The position numbers were made by a program, and so were the translations under genes. Source: Flavobacteriales bacterium (lineage in GTDB: Bacteria > Bacteroidota > Bacteroidia > Flavobacteriales_F > PHOS-HE28). From it: 64,000 bases of DNA. The stretch covers positions 4,586 to 68,585 of the forward strand of contig JAGPDT010000009.1 of assembly GCA_018057455.1 (NCBI GenBank), read 5' to 3'. The notes under the pieces were generated by a model. It saw only the letters and a list, made by a program, of their open reading frames with translations. It did no database searches and had not been told where the DNA came from. Positions 50,303 through 59,197 of the stretch are shown here, in pieces; the stretch's first letter is position 1; every line of letters starts with the position of its first letter.

Positions 50303-51736
50303 CTATTTCCCGATGCAGAAGCGGGAGAAAATGCTGCCCAGCAGGTCTTCCACGGTGATCTTGCCGGTGATCTCACCCAGGTGGTATTGTGCTTGGCGGA
50401 GGTCGGTGGCCAGGAGTTCGCCGCTGATGCCTTCTTCCACGCCCTTCTTGGCGGAAAGCAGCGCCGCCTTGGCCTTGGAGAGGGCCTCCACATGCCGGGC
50501 ATTGGTGACCACGATGTCACCTTCGCCGGTCTGCAGGCTGCGCACATGCGCCACAAAGCGTTCCTTGAGCTGCTCCAGCCCATCGCCCTTCTTGGCGGAA
50601 ATGCGCATCGCCTCCCTCGCTTCCTTCGCGCCCTTCTCCTCCTTCACCTCCCTCACCTCCTTCACCTCCTTCACACCCCTCACCTCACCGCCTATCCTCA
50701 CCGTCCCCGCAGGAACCAAATCCACTTTGTTCAACACCGGAAGGACCAACGGCCCATCGCCGATGCGCTTGCGCAGCATTTCCGCATGGGTGAGAAAGGC
50801 TCCTTCGCTCAGTCTACCGGCATCACCCAACAGCACCACGATGCTTGCGCTTGCCGCTTTTTTGTAGCTGCGCTCAATGCCGAGCTTCTCCACGGTGTCC
50901 TGCGTCTGGCGGATGCCGGCGGTATCGATGAAGCGGAAGAGGATCCCGCCCAGGCTGATCGTTTCCTCCACGGTATCACGCGTGGTGCCGGGGATGTCGC
51001 TCACGATGGCGCGGTCCTCCTGCAACAAGGCGTTCAGCAAGGTGCTTTTGCCACTGTTGGGCGCGCCGATGATGGCCACGGGAATGCCCATCTTCACCGC
51101 ATTGCCGTAGCGGAAGCTGGAGATGAGGCGGTCGCAGACCGACACGATCTCGTCCAATAGCCCGATCAACTCGGTGCGGTCGGCGAACTGCACGTCCTCC
51201 TCGCCGAAATCGAGTTCCAGCTCCACCAAGGCGCTGAGGCTGATCAGCTGATCACGGAGGTCATCGATCTGCTTGCTGTAGCCGCCGCGCAGCTGTTGCA
51301 GGGCCAGTTTGTGCGCGGCCCTGCTTCCGCTGGCGATGAGGTCGGCCACGGCCTCGGCTTGGCTGAGGTCGAGCTTCCTGTTCAGGAACGCACGCTGGGT
51401 GAATTCGCCGGGGCGTGCCAGGCGTGCACCCACGGCCGTGGCTGCCTCCAGCATGCGTTGCTGGATGTACGGCGAACCGTGCACCCCGATCTCGGCCATG
51501 TCCTCACCGGTGTAGCTGTGCGGGCCGGGAAACCAGGTGAGCAGTCCCTCGTCCACCGGTCCGTCGGCGTCGCGCAGCCTGACGAACACCGCTTTGCGCG
51601 CCTCGGGGGTCAACAGCATGGCCGGTGCCAGCAAGTGCATCACCTGCAACGTATCCGGGCCGCTGATGCGCACCAAGGCGATGGCACCCGTGCCCGGCGC
51701 GGTGCCCAATGCCACAATGGTGTCACCTTGGTACAT
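50303..51736 (-). CDS. mnmE: tRNA modification GTPase MnmE
   Basis: MYQGDTIVALGTAPGTGAIALVRISG, G-domain motifs GAPNSGKST / DTAG / NKVD, and the C-terminal FCIGK. Confidence 0.95.
   Translation of the reverse strand: MYQGDTIVALGTAPGTGAIALVRISGPDTLQVMHLLAPAMLLTPEARKAVFVRLRDADGPVDEGLLTWFPGPHSYTGEDMAEIGVHGSPYIQQRMLEAATAVGARLARPGEFTQRAFLNRKLDLSQAEAVADLIASGSRAAHKLALQQLRGGYSKQIDDLRDQLISLSALVELELDFGEEDVQFADRTELIGLLDEIVSVCDRLISSFRYGNAVKMGIPVAIIGAPNSGKSTLLNALLQEDRAIVSDIPGTTRDTVEETISLGGILFRFIDTAGIRQTQDTVEKLGIERSYKKAASASIVVLLGDAGRLSEGAFLTHAEMLRKRIGDGPLVLPVLNKVDLVPAGTVRIGGEVRGVKEVKEVREVKEEKGAKEAREAMRISAKKGDGLEQLKERFVAHVRSLQTGEGDIVVTNARHVEALSKAKAALLSAKKGVEEGISGELLATDLRQAQYHLGEITGKITVEDLLGSIFSRFCIGK
50633..50686. 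repeat. six in-frame 9-bp tandem units inside mnmE
   Basis: Plus-strand units are CTTCTCCTC, CTTCACCTC, CCTCACCTC, CTTCACCTC, CTTCACACC and CCTCACCTC. They encode EVRGVKEVKEVREVKEEK. Confidence 0.8.
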
Positions 51737-51818
51737 CGCCGCAAAGGTGCGCACGGCACGGGCAATCTGACGAATCTCAGCGCGGCCCGTATGTTTACCG
51801 GGGAACTTTGCTGGTGCC

Positions 51819-53147
51819 ATGAAAACCCCCGAACGTGCCGCCTTTGATGCCCTGTCCTACCCCACCGTGGTGGTGGTGGGCGGGGGCTTTGCCGGGCTGG
51901 AGCTGATCAAACGCTTGGCCGGTAAACCGTTCAAGGTGATCCTGCTGGACAAGAACAACTACCACTGCTTCCAGCCGCTGCTGTACCAAGTGGCCACGGG
52001 CAGCTTGGGCGCGGACAACATTGCGCACCCGTTCCGCCGCACGGTGGGCCCGATGCCGAACGTGATCTACCGCATGGCCGAAGTGCTGCGCGTGCTGCCG
52101 GAAGCGCAATGCGTGGAGACCGATCACGGCCGCGTACCGTATGACCACTTGGTGTTGGCCACGGGTACGGTGACCAACTTCTTCGGCAACCAGCGCATCG
52201 CCCACGAGGCCATGCAGCTCAAGAGCATTGGGCAGGCGCTGGACATCCGCAGCGATTTTCTGCAGGAGTTCGAGGCTGCTGTTTACATGGAAGACGAGCA
52301 CAAGCAGCGCCAGCGGCTCAACTTCGTGGTGGTGGGCGGCGGTCCTTCGGGCGTGGAGCTGGCGGGTGCGCTGGCAGAGATCCGCAAGACCATCCTCAAG
52401 CACGAATTCCGCGAGGTGGACAACCGCCGCATGCAGATCCACCTGGTGGACAGCGGCGATGCCGTGCTGGGCAATTTCTCCGGAAAGGCGCAAGGCCTGG
52501 CCCTGAAGTTCCTGGAACAGCTCGGTGTGCAAGTGAAGCTGAACACCTTGGTCACCGGCTACGACGGGAAGACCATCACCTTCAAGGACGGCAGCACCAT
52601 GGACAGCTCCACGGTGATCTGGACCGCGGGTGTGAAAGGTGCGCCGGTAGCCGGGCTGGAAACCTCCGTGGAGGAACGCCCCGCGCGGTACCGGGTGGAC
52701 GCCTACAACCGCGTGGCCGGCACACGGAACATATACGCCATCGGCGACATCGCGCTGGACACCTCCGATCCGCATTGGCCCAAAGGCCATCCGCAAGTGG
52801 CACCCGTGGCCGTCCAACAGGCCGCGCATCTGGCCAAGAACCTCCTGCGTAAACCGGGAACGGAATGGGCCCCGTACACCTTTCGCGACAAGGGCTCCAT
52901 GGCCACCATCGGCCGGTACAAGGCTGTCGTGGACCTGGGGAAGCTGAAATTCGGCGGGCCGATCGCCTGGTTCCTCTGGTTGTTCGTGCACCTGATGAGC
53001 ATCGTGGGCTTCCGCAGCCGCGTGATGGTGCTGACCCACTGGGCCTGGAAGTACCTGAGCTGGAGGAATACCATCCGCTTGATCATTCGGCCGTATGTGC
53101 GCAAGGAGTACAAGGTGGAGCAACCCGAGGGGGCAGCGGTGAGGTGA
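51819..53147 (+). CDS. ndh: type II NADH dehydrogenase (NDH-2)
   Basis: VVVVGGGFAGLE and VVVGGGPSGVELAG, two dinucleotide-binding motifs. Length 442 aa. Confidence 0.9.
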   Translation: MKTPERAAFDALSYPTVVVVGGGFAGLELIKRLAGKPFKVILLDKNNYHCFQPLLYQVATGSLGADNIAHPFRRTVGPMPNVIYRMAEVLRVLPEAQCVETDHGRVPYDHLVLATGTVTNFFGNQRIAHEAMQLKSIGQALDIRSDFLQEFEAAVYMEDEHKQRQRLNFVVVGGGPSGVELAGALAEIRKTILKHEFREVDNRRMQIHLVDSGDAVLGNFSGKAQGLALKFLEQLGVQVKLNTLVTGYDGKTITFKDGSTMDSSTVIWTAGVKGAPVAGLETSVEERPARYRVDAYNRVAGTRNIYAIGDIALDTSDPHWPKGHPQVAPVAVQQAAHLAKNLLRKPGTEWAPYTFRDKGSMATIGRYKAVVDLGKLKFGGPIAWFLWLFVHLMSIVGFRSRVMVLTHWAWKYLSWRNTIRLIIRPYVRKEYKVEQPEGAAVR

Positions 53148-53324
53148 TCGGGGCCGAACGCCCCCGGTACCATCCGTCGCGTTGCACAGACAATCGGCGC
53201 GAAGGATCCAAGCCGGACGGCCGCTTGAACACCCTGGAGGGCGGCAACCCCGGCCGCACGCCTCGTGGAAGGCGTGGGTAAAGAAGGAAGTACCCGCCGT
53301 AGCTTCGCGTCCTTTTTCCCGCGC

Positions 53325-54500
53325 ATGGACCGCCGCCTGCTCATTCTCTTCCTCACCATCTTCATCGACCTGATGGGCTTCGGGATCTTCATCCCGGTGA
53401 TCCCGGTCTACGCTCGCGAGCTCCAAGCCAGCGATGCGTTGGTGGGTGACTTGGGCGCCTTGTTTTCCTTGATGATGTTCATCTTCACCCCTGTTTGGGG
53501 CACGTTGAGCGATCGGTACGGCCGCCGGCCGGTGATTCTGGTCGCCATCGCCCTATCGGCGTTCAGCTACCTGCTCTTTGCCCATGCCAGCACGCTGTTG
53601 CTGTTAGTGGCAAGCCGGATGCTCACCGGTGCCGGATCGGGCAACATCACGGCCGCGCAGGCCTATATCACGGACATCACCCCGCCCGAGGGCCGGGCCA
53701 AGGCCATGGGCATCATCGGTGCGGCGTTCGGGCTGGGGTTCATCTTCGGGCCTCCGATGGGCAGCCTCATCTACACCCGGTTCGGCGTGGAATGGGTAGG
53801 CTACCTGGCGGCGGCCATTTGCGTGTTGAATTTTTGGGCCGTATGGGCCTTTCTGCCCGAATCGATCGCCCGGCGCGACACCGGTCGCAGCGTGAGGATC
53901 GCGCCCGTTACCGGGGCCATCCGCGCCTTGCGGGACGTGCGCTTCCGCCACTTGTACCTGATCAGCTTCATCTTCATCACCGCCTTCAGCATGATGCAGA
54001 TGACCGTGGCCCTGTTGTGGATCGATGACTACCACCTCTCCGAAGAACAGATCGGCCTGATGTTCGCCGGTGTGGGCCTGGCATCGGCCATCGTGCAGGG
54101 CGGCATGATCGGCTGGCTGCAGCACACCTTCGGCGAACAGCGCCTGATGGTTTACGGCAGCCTGTGCATGGCGGTGGGCCTGGGCATGATCCCCTTCATC
54201 CCGCAGGCTTGGTTCGTGCCCTTGAGCATCGTTTCCATCGCCTTGCTCTCCCTGGGCAACGGATGCCTCAACCCCACCCTCCTGAGCCTGCTGAGCCGCA
54301 ACGCACAACAGCACGAACAGGGCGAAGTACTGGGCACCAACCAGAGCTTCGGCTCACTGGCACGCATAGCGGGGCCTGCCCTGGGCGGCCGATTGTACGG
54401 GCTGGCCCATGCGTTGCCCTACGTCACGGCCGGCGCCATCATGATCGGTACGCTGTACTACATCCGGGCGTTCCAGCGCACGAAGTCCACGGCCGCATAG
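53325..54500 (+). CDS. MFS transporter
   Basis: MDRRLLILFLTIFIDLMGFGIFIPVIP and the motif A-like GTLSDRYGRRPV. About 12 TM segments. Confidence 0.9.
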   Translation: MDRRLLILFLTIFIDLMGFGIFIPVIPVYARELQASDALVGDLGALFSLMMFIFTPVWGTLSDRYGRRPVILVAIALSAFSYLLFAHASTLLLLVASRMLTGAGSGNITAAQAYITDITPPEGRAKAMGIIGAAFGLGFIFGPPMGSLIYTRFGVEWVGYLAAAICVLNFWAVWAFLPESIARRDTGRSVRIAPVTGAIRALRDVRFRHLYLISFIFITAFSMMQMTVALLWIDDYHLSEEQIGLMFAGVGLASAIVQGGMIGWLQHTFGEQRLMVYGSLCMAVGLGMIPFIPQAWFVPLSIVSIALLSLGNGCLNPTLLSLLSRNAQQHEQGEVLGTNQSFGSLARIAGPALGGRLYGLAHALPYVTAGAIMIGTLYYIRAFQRTKSTAA

Positions 54501-54551
54501 GCATCCACGAGCGGCCCTTACCTTCGCGGCCCGAAATCCATCCAGTCTACC

Positions 54552-55421
54552 ATGAGCGTACTCGTCAACAAGCAAAGCAAGGTCATCGTACAAGGTTTCA
54601 CCGGCAGCGAAGGCACCTTCCACGCCACACAGATGATCGAGTACGGCACGCAGGTGGTGGGGGGCGTCACCCCCGGAAAAGGTGGCCAACAGCACTTGGG
54701 CCGACCGGTGTTCGAGACCGTGAACGACGCGGTAAAGCAGACCGGCGCCGATGTCAGCATCATTTTCGTGCCTCCGGCGTTCGCGGCGGATGCGATCATG
54801 GAGGCCGCGGAAGCCGGAATCAAGGTGATCGTCTGCATCACCGAGGGCATCCCCGTAAAGGACATGGTAACGGCCCGCGAGTACATCAAGGGCAAAGGCT
54901 GCACGCTGATCGGCCCCAACTGCCCGGGCGTGATCACCGCCGACGAATGCAAGGTGGGAATCATGCCGGGCTTCGTGTTCAAGAAAGGCAAGGTGGGCAT
55001 CGTGAGCAAAAGCGGCACGCTCACCTACGAAGCCGCCGACCAAGTGGTGAAGGCGGGCATGGGCATCACCACGGCCATCGGCATCGGTGGAGACCCGATC
55101 ATTGGCACCACCACACTGGAGGCCGTACAGCTCTTCGCCAACGACAAGGACACCGAAGCCATCGTGATGATCGGTGAGATCGGCGGCGACCTGGAGATCC
55201 GCGCAGCCCATTGGATCAAGGCGAACTGCAAGAAGCCCGTGGTGGGCTTTATTGCTGGTGAAACGGCCCCGGCTGGCCGCACCATGGGCCATGCCGGCGC
55301 CATCGTTTCCGGTGCCGATGAGAGTGCAGCCGCCAAGAAAAAGGTGATGCGCGAGTGCGGCATCCACGTGGTGGACAGCCCTGCCACGATCGGGGCGAAG
55401 GTGAAGGAAGTGCTGGGGTGA
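54552..55421 (+). CDS. sucD: succinate--CoA ligase subunit alpha
   Basis: [14 protein letters not shown]...[12 protein letters not shown]...MGHAGAI. Confidence 0.95.
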   Translation: MSVLVNKQSKVIVQGFTGSEGTFHATQMIEYGTQVVGGVTPGKGGQQHLGRPVFETVNDAVKQTGADVSIIFVPPAFAADAIMEAAEAGIKVIVCITEGIPVKDMVTAREYIKGKGCTLIGPNCPGVITADECKVGIMPGFVFKKGKVGIVSKSGTLTYEAADQVVKAGMGITTAIGIGGDPIIGTTTLEAVQLFANDKDTEAIVMIGEIGGDLEIRAAHWIKANCKKPVVGFIAGETAPAGRTMGHAGAIVSGADESAAAKKKVMRECGIHVVDSPATIGAKVKEVLG

Positions 55422-55432
55422 GCGCGTGATGC

Positions 55433-55513
55433 GTAGTTGTTGGTTGTTGGTTGTCAGTTGTCCGCGGTCAGCGCCCTTGCGGCCGGACAACTGACAACCG
55501 ACAACTGGCAACT
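55433..55513. repeat. GTTGTCAGTTGTC-family inverted repeat (terminator-like hairpin after sucD)
   Basis: GGTTGTCAGTTGTCCG ... CGGACAACTGACAACC, flanked by further GTTGTTGG/CAACTGGCAAC units. Confidence 0.65.
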
Positions 55514-55566
55514 TCAGGCAAAACTGTACTCCACGTCCATCCGCCCTCCCCCGCTATCTTCGCCCC

Positions 55567-56313
55567 ATGGCACTACTAGCAGGCAAGGCAGCGCTGATCA
55601 CCGGCGGCACGCGCGGCATCGGCAAGGGCATCGTGGAGCGGTTCCTGGAGGAAGGCGCGGACGTGGCATTCACCTACGTGAGCAGCCCCGAAAAGGCGAA
55701 CGCGCTGGCGGAAGAGCTGAGCAAGGGCGGCCGCAAGGTGCTGGCCATCCAAAGCAATGCGGGCGACTTCAACGCGGCGCAGGCCACGGTGGACCAAGTG
55801 GTGGAGGCCTTCGGCAAGCTGGACATCCTGGTGAACAACGCCGGGATCACCAAGGACCAGTTGCTCATGCGCATGAGCGAGGCCGATTATGACGCCGTGA
55901 TCAACACCAACCTGAAGAGCGTCTTCAATATGACCAAGGCGGTGATGCGCACCATGCTCAAGCAGAAGAGCGGCAGCATCATCAACATGAGCAGCGTGGT
56001 GGGCGTGAAAGGCAACGCGGGCCAAGCCAACTACGCGGCCAGCAAGGCCGGCGTGATCGGCTTCACCAAGAGCGTGGCCCTGGAGCTGGGCAGCCGCAAC
56101 ATCCGCAGCAATGCCGTCGCACCGGGCTTCATCGAAACCGAAATGACCGGTGCGTTGGATGAAAAGACCGTGCAAGGTTGGCGTGAAGGGATCCCCCTGA
56201 AGCGTGGCGGAACCCCGGAAGACGTGGCCAACGCCTGCGTGTTCCTGGGCAGCGACCTCAGCAGCTACATCACCGGCCAAACGTTGCACGTGTGCGGTGG
56301 GATGCTTACTTGA
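55567..56313 (+). CDS. fabG: 3-oxoacyl-[ACP] reductase
   Basis: ALITGGTRGIGKGI, NNAG and YAASKAG, the SDR catalytic motifs. Length 248 aa. Confidence 0.9.
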   Translation: MALLAGKAALITGGTRGIGKGIVERFLEEGADVAFTYVSSPEKANALAEELSKGGRKVLAIQSNAGDFNAAQATVDQVVEAFGKLDILVNNAGITKDQLLMRMSEADYDAVINTNLKSVFNMTKAVMRTMLKQKSGSIINMSSVVGVKGNAGQANYAASKAGVIGFTKSVALELGSRNIRSNAVAPGFIETEMTGALDEKTVQGWREGIPLKRGGTPEDVANACVFLGSDLSSYITGQTLHVCGGMLT

Positions 56314-56317
56314 TGAG

Positions 56318-56390
56318 TAGTTGTCGGTTGTCAGTTGTCGGTTGTTTGCTGGATATGGTGGGTGGATTTGCCTGACAACTGACAACTTTC
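56318..56390. repeat. GTTGTCAGTTGTC-family inverted repeat after fabG
   Basis: GTAGTTGTCGGTTGTCAGTTGTCGGTTGT ... CTGACAACTGACAAC. Confidence 0.65.
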
Positions 56391-56395
56391 ACCCC

Positions 56396-58480
56396 ATGAG
56401 CCTTACCGCCGCCCATTCCCTCTGGATCGCGCCGCTCTGTGTGCTGCTGGGTGCCCTGAGTGCCTGGCTGCTGTACCGGGGCACCGGGGAGCGCAATGGT
56501 TGGAGCCCGGCCCTGCAATGGACCCTGGGCACCCTGAGGGCCGTGGTGATCGCCCTGCTCGCATTCTTCCTGCTGGAGCCCATGGTGCGCATACTGCTGC
56601 GCGAAGTGCGGAAACCCGTGGTGGTGGTGGCGCACGATGGCTCCTCTTCCCTGTTGGCCACTGGCGACAGCACCGCCTTGCGCGATACCTACGCCAAGCA
56701 ACTGGAAGACCTGGCCACGCAGCTCGGTGGCCGGTACGAAGTGCGCTCCTTCACGTACGGAAGCCAGGTGGACGAAGGCATTCAGTTCGGACAACAACAG
56801 GCACAGACGGACATTGACCAATTGTTCCGCGTGGTGTACGACCGGTTTGCGGGCCCCGACCTTGGAGCGGTGGTGATCGACGGCGACGGTATCTACAACC
56901 GGGGCCGAGATCCCCGCCTCAACGCTGAACGCCTGGGCGTACCCGTGTTCACCATCCAGCTCGGCGACACCACCGTGCGGCCGGACCTGGCACTGCGCGG
57001 TGTGGACCACAACCGCATCACCTACCTCGGCAATGAATTCCCGCTCCTTGTGCGCGTGAAGGCGGACCACCTGCGCGGCAAGAGCACCCGGCTGAGCGTG
57101 CTGCACAACGGCAAGGAGGTCGTCGGCAAGGAGGTCTCCATTGGAACTGACCCCATGGTGGCCGAAATACCGTTGCTGGTAAAGGCCGAAACCGCCGGGC
57201 TGCACAGGTATTCGGTGGTGTTGCGACCGGTGGAAGGAGAAGTGACCAGGGCCAACAACGCACAGGACATCTTCGTGGACGTGTTGGACGAACGGCGCAA
57301 GGTGTTGCTGCTGGTGCGCAGCCCCCACCCCGATGCGGCCGCCATCCGCTTGGCCATGGCCCCGGTGGAAGGCTACCAAATGGAACTTGCCACCGCCGGG
57401 GTCTTCACCGGAAATGTGGCGGACTATGACCTGGTGGTGCTGCACCAATTGCCCGCACCTGGTATTGCCTTGCAACCGCTGCTACAGCAGATCGAAACCA
57501 AGGAGATCCCCACCTGGAGCATCCTGGGCCAGCAGAGCGACCTGCGGCAAGCGGGCGCCATGGGCACCGGCGTTGTTGTGGAACAAGCCCGCGGCGGGTA
57601 CAGCGATGTGCAGGCAGCCGTATCGCCGGCCTTTGCGCTATTCACCCTGGAAGCGGAGGACCTGCGCGCCATGGAACGCTTCCCACCGTTGCAGGTGCCC
57701 TTTGCCCAGTACAGTCTGGCCCGCTCGGCCACGGCCCTGCTCAACCAGCGCATCGGACCGGTGCGCACGGAACATCCGCTGTTCGCCTTCCAAACGCAGG
57801 CCGCCCGCCGCACGGCCATCACCACCGGTGAAGGCCTGTGGCGGTGGCGCCTGGCCGACATGCAGCAGAACAACACCACCGCCCACTTCGACAAGCTGGT
57901 GCAGAAGACGGTGCAGCTGCTGGCACTGAAGCAGGACAAGAGCCGGTTCCGTGTGCAGGGCCCACGGGAGTTCGCACAAGGTGAACGGGTGCAGTTGGAC
58001 GCCGAACTGTACAACGCCAGCTATGAACCGGTGAACGCTCCGGAAGTAACGATCAGCCTCAGCGACGAGGAGGGCCGCAGGCTGGACTACACGTTCAGCC
58101 GGGCAGGCACGGGCTACCGGTTGGATGCAGGCGTGCTGCCACCCGGCCGCTACACCTGGTCGGCGGCCACCACACTGGAAGGCGGGCGCCTCGCGGCCAA
58201 GGGCGAATTCCTGGTGAAGCCGCTGCTGGCCGAACAGGTGAACACCGTGGCCGACCATGCCTTGTGGGCGAACATCGCTGCGCGCACCGGGGGCGCCACC
58301 GCAACACCCGCCGATCTGGACCGCATCGCTGGTTGGCTCCATGAGCGGCCCGGACTGGCCGCGCGCTCCTACTCGCATGCCAGCTTCAGCGATCTGATCG
58401 GCCTGCGCTGGTTCTTCCTCCTCTTGCTGTTGCTGCTTTCCGTGGAGTGGGCCCTGCGGCGACGCAGCGGCACCTATTGA
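56396..58480 (+). CDS. large membrane-anchored hypothetical protein (N-terminal double TM, C-terminal TM)
   Basis: Start moved to MSLTAAHSLWIAPLCVLLGALSAWLLY. C-terminus LRWFFLLLLLLLSVEWALRRRSG. No family named with confidence. Confidence 0.6.
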   Translation: MSLTAAHSLWIAPLCVLLGALSAWLLYRGTGERNGWSPALQWTLGTLRAVVIALLAFFLLEPMVRILLREVRKPVVVVAHDGSSSLLATGDSTALRDTYAKQLEDLATQLGGRYEVRSFTYGSQVDEGIQFGQQQAQTDIDQLFRVVYDRFAGPDLGAVVIDGDGIYNRGRDPRLNAERLGVPVFTIQLGDTTVRPDLALRGVDHNRITYLGNEFPLLVRVKADHLRGKSTRLSVLHNGKEVVGKEVSIGTDPMVAEIPLLVKAETAGLHRYSVVLRPVEGEVTRANNAQDIFVDVLDERRKVLLLVRSPHPDAAAIRLAMAPVEGYQMELATAGVFTGNVADYDLVVLHQLPAPGIALQPLLQQIETKEIPTWSILGQQSDLRQAGAMGTGVVVEQARGGYSDVQAAVSPAFALFTLEAEDLRAMERFPPLQVPFAQYSLARSATALLNQRIGPVRTEHPLFAFQTQAARRTAITTGEGLWRWRLADMQQNNTTAHFDKLVQKTVQLLALKQDKSRFRVQGPREFAQGERVQLDAELYNASYEPVNAPEVTISLSDEEGRRLDYTFSRAGTGYRLDAGVLPPGRYTWSAATTLEGGRLAAKGEFLVKPLLAEQVNTVADHALWANIAARTGGATATPADLDRIAGWLHERPGLAARSYSHASFSDLIGLRWFFLLLLLLLSVEWALRRRSGTY

Positions 58481-58518
58481 TCGGGGGAATGCCCGGGCAA
58501 CCTCCCGCCGCCCCCACC

Positions 58519-59145
58519 ATGCGCCGAACTCTGCCGGCCCGGTTGCTCCGCATGCTGTTGGCGGCGGCCATGGCCGGCCTGGTGGTGTGGATGCTGCATG
58601 TTCCCTTGCTGCGGGCCATCGGCAACTTCCTGATCACGGAAGATCCCCCGAACCGGGTGGATGCCGTCTTCGTGCTGGGCGGGTCCGTGTATGACAGGGG
58701 CATGGAGGCCGCCCGCATCCATCAACAAGGGCTAAGCCCCCGGTTCATCTTCACCGGGGCACCCGTGCCCACCGCCCTCAAAGCCTTGGGCATCGACAGC
58801 ACCGAGGCCGAGTGCACGCGCAACACCGCCGTCATGGCAGGGATCCCGCTGGCGCACACCACCGCACTGAACAAGGGGACCAGCACATTTGAAGAGGCCG
58901 TGGCCCTGCTGGACCACGCCCGGTCACACGGGCTGGACACGGTGATGGTCATCTCGAACCGCTTCCATCTGCGCCGCATCGGCATGGTCTTCCGCCCGCG
59001 CTTTGAACAAGCAGGGATCACGGTGCTGTTGCACGGCGCGCCCTCACCGGACATCAACGAAGCCTTTTGGTGGGCTTCCGAGGAAGGCCTGGTGATGCTC
59101 AACAATGAGTACCTGAAGCTGGGGTACTATTGGCTGAGGTACTGA
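58519..59145 (+). CDS. YdcF/DUF218-family (ElyC/SanA-like) protein
   Basis: N-terminal TM segment, VDAVFVLGGS and MVISNRFHLRR motifs. Confidence 0.75.
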   Translation: MRRTLPARLLRMLLAAAMAGLVVWMLHVPLLRAIGNFLITEDPPNRVDAVFVLGGSVYDRGMEAARIHQQGLSPRFIFTGAPVPTALKALGIDSTEAECTRNTAVMAGIPLAHTTALNKGTSTFEEAVALLDHARSHGLDTVMVISNRFHLRRIGMVFRPRFEQAGITVLLHGAPSPDINEAFWWASEEGLVMLNNEYLKLGYYWLRY

Positions 59146-59197
59146 GGTCGTTGGTGCGGTGCCACCGTTGACGGACGCCGGGTGTGCCAGGGCCGCT

